Source of the DNA: Candidatus Nomurabacteria bacterium
GTDB taxonomy: Bacteria; Patescibacteriota; Minisyncoccia; Phycocordibacterales; UBA9973
DNA: 64,000 nt
Reading direction: 5' to 3'
Assembly (NCBI GenBank): GCA_016699365.1
Contig: CP064973.1
Location: 429,684 to 493,683 of the forward strand
Under the pieces are notes generated by a model. It saw only the letters and a list, made by a program, of their open reading frames with translations. It did no database searches and was not told the DNA's origin. The translations under genes were made by a program, and so were the position numbers. Of this stretch, positions 29,611-39,385 are shown piece after piece; positions within the stretch are counted from its first letter, which is position 1, and every line of letters begins with the position of its first letter.

Positions 29611-30603
29611 GTGGAAAAACCAAACAGTATTCTTAATTCCAAGGAAAAAGTTGTCGGTCTTATAACTGGCCTGATGATTTTAGCCGGTATTGGTGTGGGG
29701 CTGTATTACATCCTCCCGCCTTTATTATTGATTATCACAAACCTGTTGAGGCTCGGCCTCCTGGTAGGTGGTACATTACTGGTTACGGTGGCTTTATTTA
29801 AAGCTCGTAAATTAATCCGTGCCTCGTATGAAGTCTTTATTCAAAAGCTTTGGCGAGCTCTTGCCAACAACGATCCTATTGCGTTGATGAAAATCAAAGT
29901 AAAGGATTGGTGGGAATCACTTGAAGTTGTAAACAAGCGAATACAAACTCTGCGCGGGTCAGAAGCGCTGCTTGAAGCAGCTTGCAATGACAACGCTGAC
30001 GACGCTGAACAATTTATGCAACTTGCTAAAAAAGCTGCATCGGGTGATAAGGGCAAACAATCTCCTCAGGCCATATTGAAAACAAGACAGGCGCTTCGTA
30101 GGCTACAAGCCAACAATCAGTTAGTACCGCGATTACAAGCCGTAAAACAGGCGATCGCGTTACTTGAAAAACTGTACGAGCGTTGGGAGCTTGATATCAA
30201 GGATCTTGAGGATGAGATTGAAGTGCGGAGTATCAGCTTAAAAGCTGTTCGTGACGTATCATCAGCTCTTGAAGCTGCTGAAAGTATTATGAACGGAACA
30301 CCTGATCAGCGTGCAATGGAAGAACTTGCCAATCAAGCATATGCCGAATTGGTAAGCCAACATGTTGGGAAGGTGAAAAGATTCCTCTCGAAATCCAAGG
30401 GTTGGATTGAGGAGTCAGACTTAAAAGAAGCAGTGCTTACTGATGAGGGATTAAAACTCCTTGATTACGACGAGAAATCTTTTAAGCAACTGGTAGATTT
30501 CAAGCAACAGCTTGAAAATGATCCAGTACTGTCTCAGAAAGTAGTGCTCCCAATATCGAAAAACGCCGACGCGGTGATCGAGTCATTTAGTAAATTGAAG
30601 TAA
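29611..30603 (+). CDS. Membrane-anchored coiled-coil protein, hypothetical
   Basis: Two N-terminal TM helices followed by a ~250-aa helical/coiled-coil domain. Translationally coupled to 29002-29607 (4-nt gap). Confidence 0.45.
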   Translation: MEKPNSILNSKEKVVGLITGLMILAGIGVGLYYILPPLLLIITNLLRLGLLVGGTLLVTVALFKARKLIRASYEVFIQKLWRALANNDPIALMKIKVKDWWESLEVVNKRIQTLRGSEALLEAACNDNADDAEQFMQLAKKAASGDKGKQSPQAILKTRQALRRLQANNQLVPRLQAVKQAIALLEKLYERWELDIKDLEDEIEVRSISLKAVRDVSSALEAAESIMNGTPDQRAMEELANQAYAELVSQHVGKVKRFLSKSKGWIEESDLKEAVLTDEGLKLLDYDEKSFKQLVDFKQQLENDPVLSQKVVLPISKNADAVIESFSKLK

Positions 30604-30642
30604 TTTTCCTTTTCATTTTTTAAACAAAAAACAAATAAGCAA

Positions 30643-32490
30643 ATGAGTATCATTAGCACTTGGAAACGCTTAGGATGGTTGACACAGTTCATCATCCTCG
30701 CAGCAATTTTCACTTACCCTACAATTTTGGGTTTCAATTACCTGAACAGCAAGGGAATCATAGGTGGAAAAAACAAAGAAACTGTGCAGCTTGAAAAAGC
30801 TACGCAGGAACAGAACATAATCTTAACTTCAGCACCATCGAACTACAAAACAGTTGGTTTGACAATGATGCCCTTGCCTTCTTCAACAGTCGTACGCGAC
30901 GCAACACGCGTTAGTATCGAATACTGGGGAATGGCATGGCAGTCACAGGCCGGGTTTGCTCTTGCAAACGGAGGACCGCTTACCACTGAAGGTAGTATGT
31001 ACGACAAGGCGAAAATAAATTTTAATTTTATTCGTCAAGATATGTATGACAAAATGTCGGAAAAAATGCTAGATATCGCAAAGCAATTTGAAGATGATCC
31101 GGAAGGAACACCAATCTATTTACTCGGAATTATGGGTGATGGAATGGTTACCTTTGGGGCACCGCTTATGGCTCGATTGCAGGAAATCAATCCCGACTTT
31201 CGTCCTGTGGGTATATTTACCCCAGGATTCTCAGACGGAGAAGATAAATTTATCGGACCATACGAATGGAGAATTGATCCTCAAAAAGCTCGTGGTGGAA
31301 TCTGCGTTGTATATTTAAAGGATGGTGATCATAACCTTGCGCTCAAATGGGCTGCAGACAATGGAGTACCAGTGAATCCGGATCCAACAACATGGAGTGC
31401 GAATGCACTTAATTTCGTATCTGCCGAGGATTTCCTCGATGCAGCACGAAAATATAATGCACGCAAATCCAACAAGGTGGAATTAACAGAGGTTATAACT
31501 GATGAAAATGGAAAAGTCATTAAACGTGGCGACAAAGTTTTCAAAGAAATTAATTGTGTTTCTACTTGGTTGCCGGGAGACGAAAAAGTTTTCAGCGGTT
31601 CACCGAATGATGACATTATAAATTTGATGTCCACTCGAGAAAATCGTATGCAGATGCCTTGTTTGGTTATTGGATTAAACAAACAACTTGAGATGCATCG
31701 AGGAGATGTTGAAAAATTCATTTGGGCAAGCTTACAAGCATCAGACCAGATAAAGACCTATGACGGAGCACTTCGTTTTGCCTGCAAGGCGCAAGCAGAA
31801 ATTTATAAAGAAGGAGCTGAAGAGAATGGTAAATTCTGGTACGACTATTATCGGGGAAAAACAATTACAACTTCGTTTGGTCGCCAAGTAACATTGGGTG
31901 GATCACGAGCTGCAAATTTAGCCGACAATGCTGAACTGTTTGGGCTCTCTGGTGGAGTTAATCGTTACGAAGCTGTATTCAATTACTTCGGTAATTATAT
32001 GGCTAGATTATATCCTGAAGACGTTCCGACAGTTCCTGATATTAACGAAATGCTTGATTTGTCATATTTGCAGAATGTATATAGTAAATACAAAGGCAAT
32101 ATGACTACAGCAGATGAACCTCAAATGACTCCTGGTGGAATTGTCGACAAGGTTTCTGAAAGAAACTATAAAGTCGAATTTGCCAGTGGTTCAGCACAGC
32201 TAACAGCGGAAGGCATTAAAACTCTCAATGAGATGTATCAATCACTCGCTGTTTCTGATCTCAAAATTCAGGTTTATGGTCACACCGACAGTGATGGTGA
32301 TGATGGTCCCAATATGGAGCTGTCACAAAAGCGAGCCGATGCGGTCAAATATTTCCTGATTAAAAAGGGGATTAACCCAAAAAGGTTTACTGATGTGATG
32401 GGCTACGGAGAATCAAATCCTATTGCGGAAAACACATCTGCAAACGGGAAGCAAAAAAACCGTCGCGTGGAGATTGAGACCGGTATGTAA
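30643..32490 (+). CDS. Membrane-anchored protein with a large central domain (possibly NMT1/SsuA-like solute-binding) and C-terminal OmpA-like peptidoglycan-binding domain
   Basis: N-terminal TM helix. C-terminal OmpA_C motif: VYGHTDSDGDDGPNMELSQKRADAVKYFLIKKGINPKRFTDVMGYGESNPIAENTSANGKQKNRRVEIE. Lies directly upstream of the NitT/TauT-type permease and ATPase. Confidence 0.5.
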   Translation: MSIISTWKRLGWLTQFIILAAIFTYPTILGFNYLNSKGIIGGKNKETVQLEKATQEQNIILTSAPSNYKTVGLTMMPLPSSTVVRDATRVSIEYWGMAWQSQAGFALANGGPLTTEGSMYDKAKINFNFIRQDMYDKMSEKMLDIAKQFEDDPEGTPIYLLGIMGDGMVTFGAPLMARLQEINPDFRPVGIFTPGFSDGEDKFIGPYEWRIDPQKARGGICVVYLKDGDHNLALKWAADNGVPVNPDPTTWSANALNFVSAEDFLDAARKYNARKSNKVELTEVITDENGKVIKRGDKVFKEINCVSTWLPGDEKVFSGSPNDDIINLMSTRENRMQMPCLVIGLNKQLEMHRGDVEKFIWASLQASDQIKTYDGALRFACKAQAEIYKEGAEENGKFWYDYYRGKTITTSFGRQVTLGGSRAANLADNAELFGLSGGVNRYEAVFNYFGNYMARLYPEDVPTVPDINEMLDLSYLQNVYSKYKGNMTTADEPQMTPGGIVDKVSERNYKVEFASGSAQLTAEGIKTLNEMYQSLAVSDLKIQVYGHTDSDGDDGPNMELSQKRADAVKYFLIKKGINPKRFTDVMGYGESNPIAENTSANGKQKNRRVEIETGM

Positions 32491-32563
32491 TGTTTGTTGA
32501 TTAATTTGTGATTAAAAGCAGGTCTTTAAGACCTGCTTTTTTATTTGACAAATTGTTAAATCT

Positions 32564-33391
32564 ATGTTAGATTTAAGGCAAATTTCACCAAAACTAAATA
32601 AAGAAATGAAAGAATTAAAGCGTTTTTTCGAACCTAATGCAAAGATTTCAAGGAGGTCAATGGCACTGATGACTTTTTTTCAGGTAGCCGTACTTCTTAC
32701 ATTGTGGCAATTCTTTGCCGCAGAAATTATCCCTAAACCCACTGATATTTTTAAATCACTGGGTTGGCTTATATCCGACCGAAACATGCTCGGTGAACTG
32801 GGTAGTACAACAATACTTACATTGAAAGCAATGTTTTTTGCGACATCAATCGGTATGGTCTTGTCTTTCCTTGCACCTGTAGCATTTTTCAAGCCCACAG
32901 TCGGACTTGTGGCAAACTTGAGATTCCTAACACTTGTTGGTTTTTCAGTTCTTATTCGTTTATACACATCGACCGGTGAAGAGTATAAAGTTGTACTTTT
33001 GATATTTGGTATGTTGCCGTATATCGTGACCGCAATGTCTGTAGAGGTAATAAGAATAAAAAAAGAAAAATACAATTATGCACGGACTCTTGGCTATGGT
33101 CCGTGGCAATCTTTATGGAACGTAGGCGTGAGAGGGCTTATGCCGAAAGTTCTTGAGGTGGTTCGGCAAAACTTCGCTATTGCTTGGATGATGATAACGA
33201 TGGTTGAAAGTGCTAATCGTGAAAATGGTGGCATAGGTGCATTACTCTATGATCAAAATAGGTTTGCACATAACTTTGATCCTGTGTTCGCTATTCAACT
33301 AGCCATCTTTATTGTTGGTATGTCAGTTCATGTTTTGTTGAACTACGTGAATACCAAGACTTTTAAATGGGCTTATATTTCTAAATCTTAA
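32564..33391 (+). CDS. ABC transporter permease (NitT/TauT sulfonate/nitrate/taurine family)
   Basis: 6-TM BPD_transp_1-like topology. Start may be the internal MALMTFFQ. Confidence 0.6.
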   Translation: MLDLRQISPKLNKEMKELKRFFEPNAKISRRSMALMTFFQVAVLLTLWQFFAAEIIPKPTDIFKSLGWLISDRNMLGELGSTTILTLKAMFFATSIGMVLSFLAPVAFFKPTVGLVANLRFLTLVGFSVLIRLYTSTGEEYKVVLLIFGMLPYIVTAMSVEVIRIKKEKYNYARTLGYGPWQSLWNVGVRGLMPKVLEVVRQNFAIAWMMITMVESANRENGGIGALLYDQNRFAHNFDPVFAIQLAIFIVGMSVHVLLNYVNTKTFKWAYISKS

Positions 33392-33407
33392 AAAACAAGC
33401 ATAAGCA

Positions 33408-34280
33408 ATGGAAGAATATAAAATTACCGATGAGACCCTTCTGCAAATTGAGGGGATAAACAAATCTTTTACGGATTCATCTAACGGTCAGGTTAATACC
33501 GTATTGAAAGGTGTTGATCAGAAAATTTTCGATATTGTTCGTCCCGGTGTTTCTCAGGGGCAGGTTGTGAGTATTCTCGGTCCGTCAGGGATTGGGAAGA
33601 CAACTCTGTTTGAAATTATTGCCGGTATAGAAAAACCTGATTCAGGTCAGGTCATGGTTCGCAACCCACTTCGCATGGCGAGTGCTGATGATAAAGTACC
33701 CCTATTAGTTCCTGTAAATCCAGGAATGGTTGGGGTTGTGTATCAAAGTTATCCCACATTCGAATATCTAAAAGTGCATGAAAATCTTATGCGGGGAGCG
33801 AAGCTTGGTGGAATTCGTGGCAAAGAAGCCATTGAGAAAGTGAAGTACTATCTTGAACACCTTGGTCTTCTTGAGTCTCGTAATAAATTTCCTGCTCAAC
33901 TCTCTGGCGGACAACGTCAAAGGCTTGCAATTGGCCAGCAGTTATTGTGTTCATCAGTTATTTTATTGATGGATGAACCATTCAGTGGTCTTGACCCAAA
34001 TGCCAAGAATGATGTCATGAGGCTCATTGTCGATTTATCGAAAACAAATGAGCTTATCACGTTTATTGTGGTGACACACGATATTCAATCTGCTGTTGCG
34101 ATCTCCGATACTGTCTGGATTATGGGTAAAAACCCTAACGATGTAGGTGCAAGTATTATCGAGTCATACAACCTGATTGAAATGGGTCTTGCTTGGCATC
34201 CCGAAATTAAAAAGATGCCCGAATATCATAAATTTATCGGAGAGATTGAGGAAAACTTTCCAAGATATGCCGGTAAATAA
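33408..34280 (+). CDS. ABC transporter ATP-binding protein
   Basis: Walker A GPSGIGKTT, signature LSGGQRQR, Walker B LLMDEPFSGLD, and a C-terminal extension. Confidence 0.75.
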   Translation: MEEYKITDETLLQIEGINKSFTDSSNGQVNTVLKGVDQKIFDIVRPGVSQGQVVSILGPSGIGKTTLFEIIAGIEKPDSGQVMVRNPLRMASADDKVPLLVPVNPGMVGVVYQSYPTFEYLKVHENLMRGAKLGGIRGKEAIEKVKYYLEHLGLLESRNKFPAQLSGGQRQRLAIGQQLLCSSVILLMDEPFSGLDPNAKNDVMRLIVDLSKTNELITFIVVTHDIQSAVAISDTVWIMGKNPNDVGASIIESYNLIEMGLAWHPEIKKMPEYHKFIGEIEENFPRYAGK

Positions 34281-34357
34281 TTCGTTCTTTGTTTAATGTT
34301 TTTTTATCCACGTTGAATGTGGACATGTAGACCCGAGGTTAAACACCTCGGGTTTTT

Positions 34358-34978
34358 TTATTTCTTCTTTTTGGGTTTAGCCCATTCCGTCATCTCACTT
34401 GAACGTCTTTCAATTTCACTTAACTTACGAAGTTTTTGGATTTGTTTTTTTGAAAGTATTTTTATATGTGGACTCTCATCGAGCGCGATTGCTAGATCCC
34501 AGAGTTCTTCTTCGTCGGTTACCCAAGCAGGATCAACTTTTGATAAATCAAAGGGTTTGGAATAATCTCGCAGGGTCTTTACTCCATTTTTTGATATTGC
34601 ATATTCGTGGAAATACGACATCACGAGTTCACGTACGGATTTGTAGACTGGTTCACGAAAACGTAGAACTGGGTAGTTTGTCTTGCTGATTGCACCCCAG
34701 AATCCATCTATTTTATATAAAGCAACAACATGGTCGAAATCTTTGCTTGAAGCACGTAGGTCTAATATAAGAGGTTTTTCCCCATGATAGGCGAGTGCGA
34801 GCGCAGCGAAGATTGCGCCTTCTATACAATGGGCTTTTTTGTATTTCATAACTCTACGTGGCGAGAGGAGGGTTTCATCGAAGTTTTGTGGAATTGAATT
34901 TAACCAATCCTGAATTTTGTAAGGATTGCTCAATTTCTTTAGCAGTTTTACTTCATTTTTTGTCAGATCTTTAAACAT
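34358..34978 (-). CDS. Hypothetical protein, possibly transglutaminase-like/papain-like cysteine peptidase fold
   Basis: Putative catalytic Cys in KAHCIEGAIFAALALAYHG, His in DFDHVVALYKIDGFW, and a downstream Asp. Lys-rich C-terminus. Confidence 0.3.
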   Translation of the reverse strand: MFKDLTKNEVKLLKKLSNPYKIQDWLNSIPQNFDETLLSPRRVMKYKKAHCIEGAIFAALALAYHGEKPLILDLRASSKDFDHVVALYKIDGFWGAISKTNYPVLRFREPVYKSVRELVMSYFHEYAISKNGVKTLRDYSKPFDLSKVDPAWVTDEEELWDLAIALDESPHIKILSKKQIQKLRKLSEIERRSSEMTEWAKPKKKK

Positions 34979-35016
34979 AGATTAAATTATAGCAATTTTT
35001 ATGTTATTATTTCACA

Positions 35017-35475
35017 ATGCAAAAAACAAAGGAAAAAAACAAAGACAGGAAACATGTTGTGCCTCGTACAAAAGTCGGACGCTCAAAACATAGTGGTTTT
35101 GGAATATTTGCAGTGGACCCTATAAAGAAAGGTCAGTTCATAATCGAATATGTCGGAAAGATTTGTACAAACAAAGAGGTTGAAGACAATGTGGGTATGT
35201 ATCTTTTTGAATTGAATAACAAATTTACAATCGATGGTACTACTCGTAAAAATAAAGCTCGATATGTGAATCACTCATGTCGTCCCAATGCAGAAAGTGA
35301 TGTGAAAGGTTTGCGTGTTTTTATATCTGCAATAAAAGATATTGCTCCAGGTGAAGAGGTGACATATGATTATGGAAAAGAATTTTTTGATGAATTTATA
35401 AAACCAAAGGGTTGTCAGTGTGGGTTCTGTGACGGGAAAGGAAAGAAAATACCACTAAATAAAAAGAAAAAATAA
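35017..35475 (+). CDS. SET-domain protein-lysine methyltransferase
   Basis: SET core (GFGIFAVDPIKKGQFIIEYVG, RYVNHSCRPNA, EEVTYDYG) and post-SET Cys cluster CQCGFC. Basic N-terminal and C-terminal tails. Confidence 0.7.
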   Translation: MQKTKEKNKDRKHVVPRTKVGRSKHSGFGIFAVDPIKKGQFIIEYVGKICTNKEVEDNVGMYLFELNNKFTIDGTTRKNKARYVNHSCRPNAESDVKGLRVFISAIKDIAPGEEVTYDYGKEFFDEFIKPKGCQCGFCDGKGKKIPLNKKKK

Positions 35476-35483
35476 CATAAAAA

Positions 35484-35511
35484 TACCCCGCGCCTGCGGG
35501 GTATTTTTTTA
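35484..35511 (+). terminator. Rho-independent terminator
   Basis: ACCCCGCGCCTGCGGGGT followed by ATTTTTTT. Confidence 0.6.
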
Positions 35512-35574
35512 GTTTGACTTTTATGTATTTTTGGGGCATCATGGGGTGTTCTTTTAAAAAACAGAACTAAATAT

Positions 35575-36129
35575 ATGCAAAGAGCTCTCATTGAAAGATT
35601 AAAAAGAGAGATCAGGACTGTTCCTGATTTTCCAAAACCAGGTATTGCATTTAAAGACATTTGCAGTATCCTAGAGAACCCAATTTTGATGCAAGACGTG
35701 TGCCAAGGTCTATATCATGACCTTGTCCCACTTAAGGGTAAGGTTACGCATGTCGTATCACTCGAATCCAGAGGTTTTATCTTTGGTACAGTGATGGCGC
35801 TGTATTTGAAAGTTCCGATGATTATCGTAAGGAAGCCAGGAAAACTTCCCGGTGAATTAGTCTCGGTTGATTATAAAAAGGAGTATGGCGTAGATACGCT
35901 TACTGTTGAGTCGGATTCATTTGGGAAAGGTGACCAGGTTTTGATCCACGATGACTTGCTTGCTACTGGAGGTAGTGCTGTCGCCGCTGCAAAACTTGTA
36001 CACAAATGTGGAGCCGAAGTGTGCGGTTTTAGCTTCATTATGGAGCTCAATGAGCTTGAAGGTCGCAAGAAATTGCAATTGTTTTCTGACCATATAAATT
36101 CTGTTGTTAATTTTGAGAAAGGGGAATAA
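35575..36129 (+). CDS. apt: Adenine phosphoribosyltransferase
   Basis: PRTase type I motifs VVSLESRGFIFG and VLIHDDLLATGGS. Confidence 0.8.
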   Translation: MQRALIERLKREIRTVPDFPKPGIAFKDICSILENPILMQDVCQGLYHDLVPLKGKVTHVVSLESRGFIFGTVMALYLKVPMIIVRKPGKLPGELVSVDYKKEYGVDTLTVESDSFGKGDQVLIHDDLLATGGSAVAAAKLVHKCGAEVCGFSFIMELNELEGRKKLQLFSDHINSVVNFEKGE

Positions 36130-36343
36130 TCTCCCTTTCTGACCTTATAAAACCACCTATTTGGGTGGTTTTCTTATATTTAGGCAAAACCCTTGCAAAA
36201 TATAGAAAAATGTGTTATTCTAAAAGGGTCAAATATTTGTTCTATAGATTCCGATTTATTACTTACTTCGATGTTCTATACAGCAATTTTGAAGTAATTA
36301 ATATAACTGATTCTGTTAAATCAGGATCTAAAAAAGAATTTAT

Positions 36344-37576
36344 ATGGAACACTCCAAAAATCGGCGTTATGCGCCAAAGCGGTCTTTTAGTAGTTCTCGT
36401 CCGAGCGGTTCACGTTCTCGCGCTCCACAAGGTGGTGGTCGCAGAGGTGGTGGTCGCGGACGCGGTCCTGCTATAGACATAGTAGGCTTTATAAGAAAGT
36501 CTACAGAAACTAAACATACAGAGAAAAAAATCGCTCCGGTCACGAGTACTTTTTCAGATTTCGCAATTAGTGAAAATCTAAAAGTAAACTTAGCAAAGCG
36601 TGGTTTTACTACACCTACTCCAATCCAAGACCAGGCAATCCCTGCGTTACTTGATGGTAGAGATGTTGTTGGACTTGCTTCTACAGGAACAGGGAAGACT
36701 GGTGCATTCTTGCTTCCTCTTATTACAAAAATCGAGAAAGATAAGTCACAGAAAGTTTTGATTATGGCTCCAACTCGTGAACTTGCCTTACAAATAGAAC
36801 AAGAGTTCAGATTGTTTAGTACAGGTATGAAAATCTACTCAGCTTTTTGTGTAGGTGGTATGCCTATATCTCGTCAGATAGAAAACTTGCGTTATCGTCC
36901 ACACGTTGTGATCGGCACACCAGGTAGACTTAAAGACTTGGCTGATCGCGGATGTATTCGTTACAACGAATATCAAAACGTGGTTCTAGACGAGGTTGAT
37001 CATATGTTAGACATGGGATTTATAGAACCTATCACAAAGATCATGAACTCTCTTCCAAAAGAACGTCAAACACTTTTCTTCTCAGCTACTATGCCTACCC
37101 GTATCCGAGCTCTAACAAGTCAGTTTTTAAAAGATCCTGTATTGATTGAGATATCTAGTGGCTCTACAGCAAGTAACGTAACTCAAGATGTTATTCGTGT
37201 AGACGGTGATAGATCAAAGAAATTTGATATCTTGCATGATATGCTTTCAACTCCTGAACTTACAAAAGTTTTGATTTTCAGTGAGACAAAGCGTGATGTT
37301 GAAAAACTTACTATAGACTTGCGGAATCGCGGTCACAAGGCTGTTTCTATACACGGAGACAAGCGTCAGCGTGAGCGTGCTCGAGCACTTACAGATTTCA
37401 AGACAAATATAGCTACAATCCTAGTTGCAACTGATGTTGCTGCTCGTGGTATAGATATCAAAGAAGTTTCTCATGTTATAAATTTCACAATTCCTCAGAC
37501 ATTTGATGATTACGTACACCGAATTGGTCGTACAGGTCGCGGAAGTCACAAGGGAACTGCACTGACATTTATTTAA
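36344..37576 (+). CDS. DEAD-box ATP-dependent RNA helicase with N-terminal Arg/Gly/Ser-rich tail
   Basis: Q motif, motif I ASTGTGKT, motif II DEVD, motif III SAT, and HRIGRTGR. N-terminal RRGGGRGRGP low-complexity region. Confidence 0.85.
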   Translation: MEHSKNRRYAPKRSFSSSRPSGSRSRAPQGGGRRGGGRGRGPAIDIVGFIRKSTETKHTEKKIAPVTSTFSDFAISENLKVNLAKRGFTTPTPIQDQAIPALLDGRDVVGLASTGTGKTGAFLLPLITKIEKDKSQKVLIMAPTRELALQIEQEFRLFSTGMKIYSAFCVGGMPISRQIENLRYRPHVVIGTPGRLKDLADRGCIRYNEYQNVVLDEVDHMLDMGFIEPITKIMNSLPKERQTLFFSATMPTRIRALTSQFLKDPVLIEISSGSTASNVTQDVIRVDGDRSKKFDILHDMLSTPELTKVLIFSETKRDVEKLTIDLRNRGHKAVSIHGDKRQRERARALTDFKTNIATILVATDVAARGIDIKEVSHVINFTIPQTFDDYVHRIGRTGRGSHKGTALTFI

Positions 37577-37615
37577 ACAAACAAAAAACTGCGTTACGCA
37601 GTTTTTTGTTTGTTT
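37575..37615. terminator. Rho-independent terminator; palindromic hairpin with symmetric flanks (the + strand has the proper T-tail)
   Basis: AAACAAACAAAAAACTGCGTTACGCAGTTTTTTGTTTGTTT (palindromic). Confidence 0.55.
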
Positions 37616-37657
37616 AAATTAGCTGTTTTGATAGAATTGAATTAAACACATTTCAAT

Positions 37658-37996
37658 ATGAATATTCAAATATGCTGTATCAGATGGGATGGGTATCCTA
37701 TTACAAGAAGTATAAGAGAGGTGTTGTATAGCATTTCTCAGGATCTGTATAAACTTAAAATTCCTTACATTGAATTTGATCTAGGTTGGTGTAAGGGAGA
37801 AGTTTTTACTGAATGGCAAATTTTAGAAATCGAAAAGACGGTCGGCTGCGTATTTTATTCTACGATATATGTGGGCAACAAGAAGACCATAATAGAATAT
37901 TTGGCAGAAGAGTATTTTGAGGAAAAATATGAAATAGAATTTCTCATTAATCAAGCAATTGTTGGAACAGAGTTTGGATATATATGTAGAAATTAG
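37658..37996 (+). CDS. Hypothetical protein
   Basis: 112-aa ORF, very AT-rich. Followed by a terminator at 38005-38030 (AAAGCCACATGATTGTGGCTTTTTGTTT). Confidence 0.3.
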   Translation: MNIQICCIRWDGYPITRSIREVLYSISQDLYKLKIPYIEFDLGWCKGEVFTEWQILEIEKTVGCVFYSTIYVGNKKTIIEYLAEEYFEEKYEIEFLINQAIVGTEFGYICRN

Positions 37997-38030
37997 AAAT
38001 TTTAAAAGCCACATGATTGTGGCTTTTTGT

Positions 38031-38837
38031 TTATGTTCCTCGATTGAACTCCGCTTCTTCCAGGAGCTCTTTGTTTGTGAACTTTTTTCTTTCTATTCTT
38101 GTCCACGCATCTTCTGTTTCACCTCCTCCTGCCGGACGAATCATTCTTACAAAAGCAAAACTGTTTGCTAGGATAGGTTTTTCTTCGAAGGGTATTTCTC
38201 GTGTGTAGTGTACTATAGAGCAGTTCGGTACACGACCCCAGCTTTCGGTGTTCATCAGATATTCGTTCGCTTTTTTCAAAGACATTCGTTCCAGTATGAT
38301 TCGGAAAGCTCGCATCACGTGTCCATGACATACAATAATTACATTTTTCCCATCACATTCTCTTGCGAGTGTATCCAGGATAAGTTTTATTCTATCGCAT
38401 AAATCTGCAACACTTTCACCTTGGAGTGGGCGATACAGAAATGGCTGAGTGTCATAAAATTTTTGCTCATTTTTGTAGAACTCATCTCTTTCAGATGGTG
38501 TGATACTGTTGAATACACCTCCGTCACGTTCGCGTAATTTTGCGTCTTGCATCCAGAGAGCATTCGGTAGATTAAGATGTGCAGCGGTCTGCATGGCTCG
38601 CACATTGTTTGAAACAAGCATCCTGTCGAATGCGTAGAGTTTATTTTTCTTGAACCATTCACCAGCAAGTTTTGCTTGTTCTATTCCGAGTTCAGTGAGT
38701 TGATATTGAGACTCATGCAGCTCCAAGAATTCTTCGCTGAAAAAAGACTCGTCACCTGTTTCTTCGAACTTTTTGCGTGCGAGGTTTCCCTCAGATTGTC
38801 CGTGTCGGACAAGAAATAAATTTTTTGGCATTCCCAT
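38031..38837 (-). CDS. Histidine phosphatase superfamily protein (phosphoglycerate-mutase-like, branch 1)
   Basis: RHG catalytic motif LFLVRHGQSEGN. Start set at MGMPKNLF. The track start at 38960 adds a hydrophobic leader that may also be real. Confidence 0.5.
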   Translation of the reverse strand: MGMPKNLFLVRHGQSEGNLARKKFEETGDESFFSEEFLELHESQYQLTELGIEQAKLAGEWFKKNKLYAFDRMLVSNNVRAMQTAAHLNLPNALWMQDAKLRERDGGVFNSITPSERDEFYKNEQKFYDTQPFLYRPLQGESVADLCDRIKLILDTLARECDGKNVIIVCHGHVMRAFRIILERMSLKKANEYLMNTESWGRVPNCSIVHYTREIPFEEKPILANSFAFVRMIRPAGGGETEDAWTRIERKKFTNKELLEEAEFNRGT

Positions 38838-39005
38838 ATTTTCTAGATTAGTTATTTTTGTTGCCAATAACTTCGCGACAAAAACAACTAATCTAAAATA
38901 GGAAATAGTAAAAAGATCCTTATTTATCAACATAATAACGGATTTTTTGTGTTTTGTCAAACTTTGGTTTTTTGCCAGAAATGCTAGTATTAGAAAAAAT
39001 TAAAT

Positions 39006-39353
39006 ATGGAAAATTTTGCGCAAGAGCTTTATGATATTAGCTTAAAATATCAGAACAGTCCTAAAATTAAAAAGATTCGCAAGGCTACATCCGAGATACA
39101 AGCAAAATCTTTTTTAAAAGAAATTAAAGTTCGGCTTATGCATGCTGCTGAACAGGGTAAGTTTGAACTTCCTATTTTACAGGTGGAATATTCTAAACAA
39201 TCTGTGGAGCAGTTGAATAAATATGAGACACTGATCTTCGAAGGTTGTAAAGCTATGGGATTAAAGACTGAAGTAAGAGAGCTTTATGAAACTGAAATGG
39301 GGAACAGAGAATCGATCGGTTTTCATATATATGTTCATTGGAGAAAAGAATAA
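39006..39353 (+). CDS. Hypothetical protein
   Basis: 115-aa ORF followed by terminator AAAACCGCCAAACTTGGCGGTTTTAATT (39359-39385). Confidence 0.35.
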   Translation: MENFAQELYDISLKYQNSPKIKKIRKATSEIQAKSFLKEIKVRLMHAAEQGKFELPILQVEYSKQSVEQLNKYETLIFEGCKAMGLKTEVRELYETEMGNRESIGFHIYVHWRKE

Positions 39354-39385
39354 AAAACAAAAACCGCCAAACTTGGCGGTTTTAA

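Noticed and set aside
36165-36476. 103-aa ORF overlapping the DEAD-box helicase start region
   Set aside because: It spans the terminator/promoter region and runs into the helicase's Arg/Gly-rich N-terminus in another frame. No motif support.
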